From contig JAQIBV010000038.1 in the NCBI GenBank assembly GCA_027858855.1, forward strand, positions 31,966 through 95,965: 64,000 bases of DNA, in the 5' to 3' direction. The notes beneath the pieces are model-generated. The model did not search any database. It saw only the letters and a program-made list of their open reading frames with translations, and was not told the origin of the DNA. A program made the translations under genes and the position numbers. Origin of the DNA: Spirochaetota bacterium (GTDB taxonomy: Bacteria; Spirochaetota; UBA4802; JAFGJZ01). Shown here piece after piece: positions 60,976 through 64,000 of the stretch (position 1 is its first letter; every line of letters begins with the position of its first letter).

Positions 60976-61270
60976 TTAAACCATGATTAAAGGATTAAAC
61001 CATGATTAAAGGATTAAAGGATTAAAGGATTAAAGGATTAAAAGATTAAAAGATTAAAAGATTAGAAGATTAGAAGATTAAAGGATTAGAGAATCAAGCA
61101 AGAGGAGCAAGAGGAGCAAGAGAAGCAAGAGAAGCAAGAGAAGCAAGAGAAGCAAGAGAAGCAAGAGAAGCAAGAGAAGCAAGAGAAGCAAGAGAAGCAA
61201 GAGTATTAAAGGATTGCCGTGATTAGAGAATCAAGAAATCAAGAAAATCGTGAAAATCAAGGTTCAGACA
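60962..61270. repeat. Composite microsatellite block: (a/g)gattaaa ×~11, then gaagcaaga/ggagcaaga ×~12, then aatcaaga / aatcgtga motifs. Begins inside the last codons of the esterase gene.
   Basis: Direct reading. A second, shorter copy with the same unique linker (gagtattaaaggattgccgtgattagagaatcaag) is at 61652–61855. Confidence 0.9.
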
Positions 61271-61280
61271 ATAAAAGGAA

Positions 61281-61658
61281 ATGATGAAGCACGAAGAATT
61301 AACATATATGATTATCGGATGTGCTATGGAGGTTCACAAGCATTTGGGTAATGGCTTTCAGGAAGTCGTTTATCAACGCGCATTAGCCATTGAAATGCAA
61401 ATGCAGGGAATCGAGTATAGTAGAGAATTTGTAATGTCATTGCAATATAAGGGATATGATATTGGCACCCGAAGAGTAGACTTTTTTGTCGAAAATACAA
61501 TTATGGTTGAAATCAAAGCGTTGATAAATCTTGAAGATGTTCATTTGGCACAAGCCATGAATTATGTTGAAGCATACAACCTTGAAATAGGTTTGCTGAT
61601 AAATTTTGGGGCAAAAAGCTTGCAACATAAAAGGGTGCACAATAACAGTAAGGATTAA
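61281..61658 (+). CDS. GxxExxY-family protein (PD-(D/E)xK-like small protein)
   Basis: G-F-Q-E-V-V-Y motif and …EIKALINLEDVHLAQAMNYVEAYNLEIGLLINFG…, closely matching recalled family members. aaaagga RBS. Confidence 0.8.
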   Translation: MMKHEELTYMIIGCAMEVHKHLGNGFQEVVYQRALAIEMQMQGIEYSREFVMSLQYKGYDIGTRRVDFFVENTIMVEIKALINLEDVHLAQAMNYVEAYNLEIGLLINFGAKSLQHKRVHNNSKD

Positions 61659-61855
61659 ACCATGATTAAACCATGATTAAAGGATTAAAGGATTAGCATG
61701 ATTAAAGAATCAAGCATGTCGAGAGGAGCAAGCGGAGCAAGAGTATTAAAGGATTGCCGTGATTAGAGAATCAAGAAATCAAGAAATCAAGAAATCAAGA
61801 AATCGTGAAATCGTGAAATCGTGAAATCTAGAAAATCGTGAAAATCAAGGTTTAA
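61652..61855. repeat. Second copy of the composite microsatellite block (ccatgattaaa, ggattaaa, gagcaag units, shared unique linker, aaatcaag ×4, aaatcgtg ×3)
   Basis: Direct repeat of 60962–61270 with different unit copy numbers. Flanks the GxxExxY gene on the 3' side. Confidence 0.9.
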
Positions 61856-62300
61856 ATTTCGTATAATCAACAATTAATAGGGCTTCTCCCTGGTCAATGT
61901 CTTGACATTTTTATGTTTTTAAGGCATATTTAGTTGGTACATACTTCTTCCGAGTTGCAAAATTCAAACCCCGGTAAAACGGGCTCACAAAATGCCTACA
62001 CTCATCAGCCACATGCTGGTTAACCGATCTGACTTTAATCAAACAAGTATTTCTTAAAACTGAAGTGAACATTGCTTTTGCTCACGATACTTTTAGCAGT
62101 TCAGTACAGCTGCCTTTGTACAGCAGGCCGAAGTCACAGTGCAAAAGGGTACTCAATTCTGCTATTGAAGCTGAACGCTGGCAAATTCTTCTTGTTTGAA
62201 AAATATTCTGCGTTGTGTGAGTGAAATCAATAGCTGGAATAAAAGCTTACCTATTCAGAATGTTTGACAGGTTGTTCTCAATAATAAAATCGGGGTATCC

Positions 62301-64000
62301 ATGAAAAGTCGTTTGAAATACAGTCATGATCGCAAAATCAATCCACTACTCCGGGGAAAGAAATTCTCAGGTAAATATGCTGGGGGCTCTCAGCCCTTAC
62401 GCTCTGAACTTTTTAGTGCCGATCAGATGGATAAGCATGGGCGAATAATTGCCGAAGCCCATGATATTATGCCTGGAATCTCACGCAAGCAACACCTTCT
62501 GGTACGCCTCGCTGAAAACGAGATAATTTTACTGGATGTACACCGCATCCTCAGTGAAGCAGTCAGAAAAAAGCGTCGCATTACACCAGCGGCTGAGTGG
62601 CTGCTGGATAACTTCTACCTAATTGAAGAGCATATTAAAACCGGCAGACGACATTTACCTAAGAGTTACAACCGCGAATTGCCGCATCTTGCAACGGGAA
62701 AGTCAGCGGACCTTCCACGGGTGTACGACATTGCCATGGAGATGATATCGCATGGTGATGGTTGGGTTGATCCGCATAACCTGTCGCGATTTATCTCGTC
62801 CTATCAAAGCGTTTCTCCATTAAAGTTAGGCGAGATATGGGCGATACCAATTATGCTGCGTCTTACTCTTATTGAGAATTTGCGGAGGGTGGCTGTGCTG
62901 ATAGCCGCCGATATGACAGAGCAGGATCTGGCCGGATACTGGGCCGATCGAATACTTGAAGTTGTAGAGAAGGATCCGAAAAACCTTATTCTGACCGTTG
63001 CAGAGATGGCTCATTTGAAGCCACCTCTTAATAGTGCCTTTGTCGCAGAACTTTCCCGCCGGCTTCACGGACAGAGTGCAGCCCTTGCTCTTCCCTTAAC
63101 CTGGATAGAGCAGCAACTCTCTGAAGCAGGCCTTACAGTGAATCAGCTGGTGCAATCTGAAATACAGCAACAGGCGGCAAACCAGGTTTCAATGAGCAAC
63201 ACAATCGGAAGCCTGCGCTTTTTGAACAGCATGAACTGGCATGATTTTGTTGAATCTTTAAGTGTTATAGAGCATACCCTCAGCGAAGATCCCGCAGGCT
63301 ATTACAGAGGAATGGATTTTGCTACCCGTGACCTGTACCGCCATGTGATTGAAAAAGGCGCTAAAAAAAGCCGCGGTAATCTGACTGAACATGCAGTGGC
63401 AAAGAAGGCCATTAGGCTTGCCCGCAAAGGAGCTGGCAGCCATGGAACAGCTGACCGCAGAGCCCATGTAGGATATTACCTGATTGACAAGGGGTATCGT
63501 GAGTTCAAGAGCATCATAAAGATGCGTTATTCACCGGCAGCAGCACTCAAAGAAGCGGGTACACTCATAAAATTATCTCTTTTTATTACGTGTATAATTA
63601 TTTTTGCCGCGATATTCACATATGGGATTGCGACAAAATTCTATTCCGGTGGAATTGATGGCTTTGATGGCTGGACGCTCGGACTGTTTGCTGCGATCAC
63701 CTTTGTCTGCGCACTTCATCCAGCAATCGCATTAACGAACCGGCTTGCGGCTCTTATTGTTGAGGCCGACCTGATTCCTCGGATGGATTTTTCAAAAGGC
63801 GTTCCGCACGGTTTTCAAACACTTGTTGTCGTTCCCTCGATGATTACCAGTTCTGAAAATATTGCAAACCTCATAGAGGCGCTTGAGGTACGTTTCCTCG
63901 CAAACCGTGATGAACACATCTACTTCGGGCTTCTTACGGATTTTAAAGACGCCAGCAGTCAGACCCTTCCAGAGGACGAGGCGTTGATAAACCTTGTTGC
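62301..64000 (+). CDS. Cyclic β-1,2-glucan synthase (NdvB/ChvB/Cgs, GT84), N-terminal 566 aa. Runs off the 3' window edge. Not in the supplied ORF track.
   Basis: Open frame from the ATG at 62301 to the window end. Hallmark N-terminal motifs (…RRITPAAEWLLDNFYLIEEHIKTGRRHLP…LPRVYDIAMEMISHGDGWVD…LKLGEIWAIPIMLRLTLIENLRRVA…). TM segments, then …TLVVVPSMITS…LEVRFLANRDEHIYFGLLTDFKDA… (start of the GT84 domain). Confidence 0.65.
   Translation, partial: MKSRLKYSHDRKINPLLRGKKFSGKYAGGSQPLRSELFSADQMDKHGRIIAEAHDIMPGISRKQHLLVRLAENEIILLDVHRILSEAVRKKRRITPAAEWLLDNFYLIEEHIKTGRRHLPKSYNRELPHLATGKSADLPRVYDIAMEMISHGDGWVDPHNLSRFISSYQSVSPLKLGEIWAIPIMLRLTLIENLRRVAVLIAADMTEQDLAGYWADRILEVVEKDPKNLILTVAEMAHLKPPLNSAFVAELSRRLHGQSAALALPLTWIEQQLSEAGLTVNQLVQSEIQQQAANQVSMSNTIGSLRFLNSMNWHDFVESLSVIEHTLSEDPAGYYRGMDFATRDLYRHVIEKGAKKSRGNLTEHAVAKKAIRLARKGAGSHGTADRRAHVGYYLIDKGYREFKSIIKMRYSPAAALKEAGTLIKLSLFITCIIIFAAIFTYGIATKFYSGGIDGFDGWTLGLFAAITFVCALHPAIALTNRLAALIVEADLIPRMDFSKGVPHGFQTLVVVPSMITSSENIANLIEALEVRFLANRDEHIYFGLLTDFKDASSQTLPEDEALINLV

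Noticed and set aside
60962-61270. Possible CRISPR or coding low-complexity region
   Set aside because: The units are 8–9 bp microsatellites without spacers. No long ORF spans the block in a way consistent with a protein.

Overview
This 64-kb window is gene-dense bacterial chromosome with a mix of core metabolism, sugar-active enzymes, envelope export, stress and two-component signalling and c-di-GMP turnover. The genes suggest an anaerobic Gram-negative bacterium. Composition is heterogeneous: roughly 18.4–22.7 kb and 52–61.9 kb look visibly more AT-rich than the rest, by eye and not computed. No rRNA, tRNA or CRISPR was recognised.

Main blocks, in order along the window:
- A partial acyl-CoA carboxyltransferase gene at the 5' edge.
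- A ROK regulator divergent from a GH5 endoglucanase lipoprotein.
- A creB/creC/creD-like module (response regulator, sensor kinase, CreD membrane protein; the CreD motifs are clearly recognisable) bracketed by inverted repeats.
- An MMPL/RND exporter operon with a LolA-like protein and an outer-membrane barrel.
- A PaaX-like regulator, a CrtI-family oxidoreductase and an AAA ATPase.
- An AT-rich trio: GMC oxidoreductase, an atypical class-V aminotransferase and an AhpD-like protein.
- korAB (2-oxoacid:ferredoxin oxidoreductase).
- Two convergent GGDEF cyclases, one carrying a cytoplasmic LacI-type sugar-binding sensor.
- A frameshifted beta-helix lipoprotein.
- A ParB/Srx-like nuclease-domain protein.
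- A signalling pair: a CHASE2-like nucleotide cyclase next to a receiver–PP2C phosphatase.
- An orphan AcrB-type RND pump.
- A 7-gene minus-strand operon joining an NMT1/SsuA-type ABC importer to a PaaK-like adenylating enzyme, an amidohydrolase-2, a type-II (archaeal-type) 3-dehydroquinate-synthase-like enzyme and a U32-family Fe-S protein.
- A GxxExxY-family (PD-(D/E)xK-like) small gene embedded between two copies of a composite microsatellite block.
- The N-terminus of a cyclic β-1,2-glucan synthase, which runs off the 3' edge and is missing from the ORF track.

Most worth a second look: (i) the ABC / PaaK / amidohydrolase / DHQS-II / U32 operon, a candidate undescribed anaerobic salvage or catabolic pathway; (ii) the GxxExxY gene flanked by direct repeats; (iii) the inverted-repeat-bracketed cre-like cassette with its 23-bp perfect hairpin; (iv) the tandem hairpin array at 1.2–1.5 kb. 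Two apparent frameshifts are also flagged.
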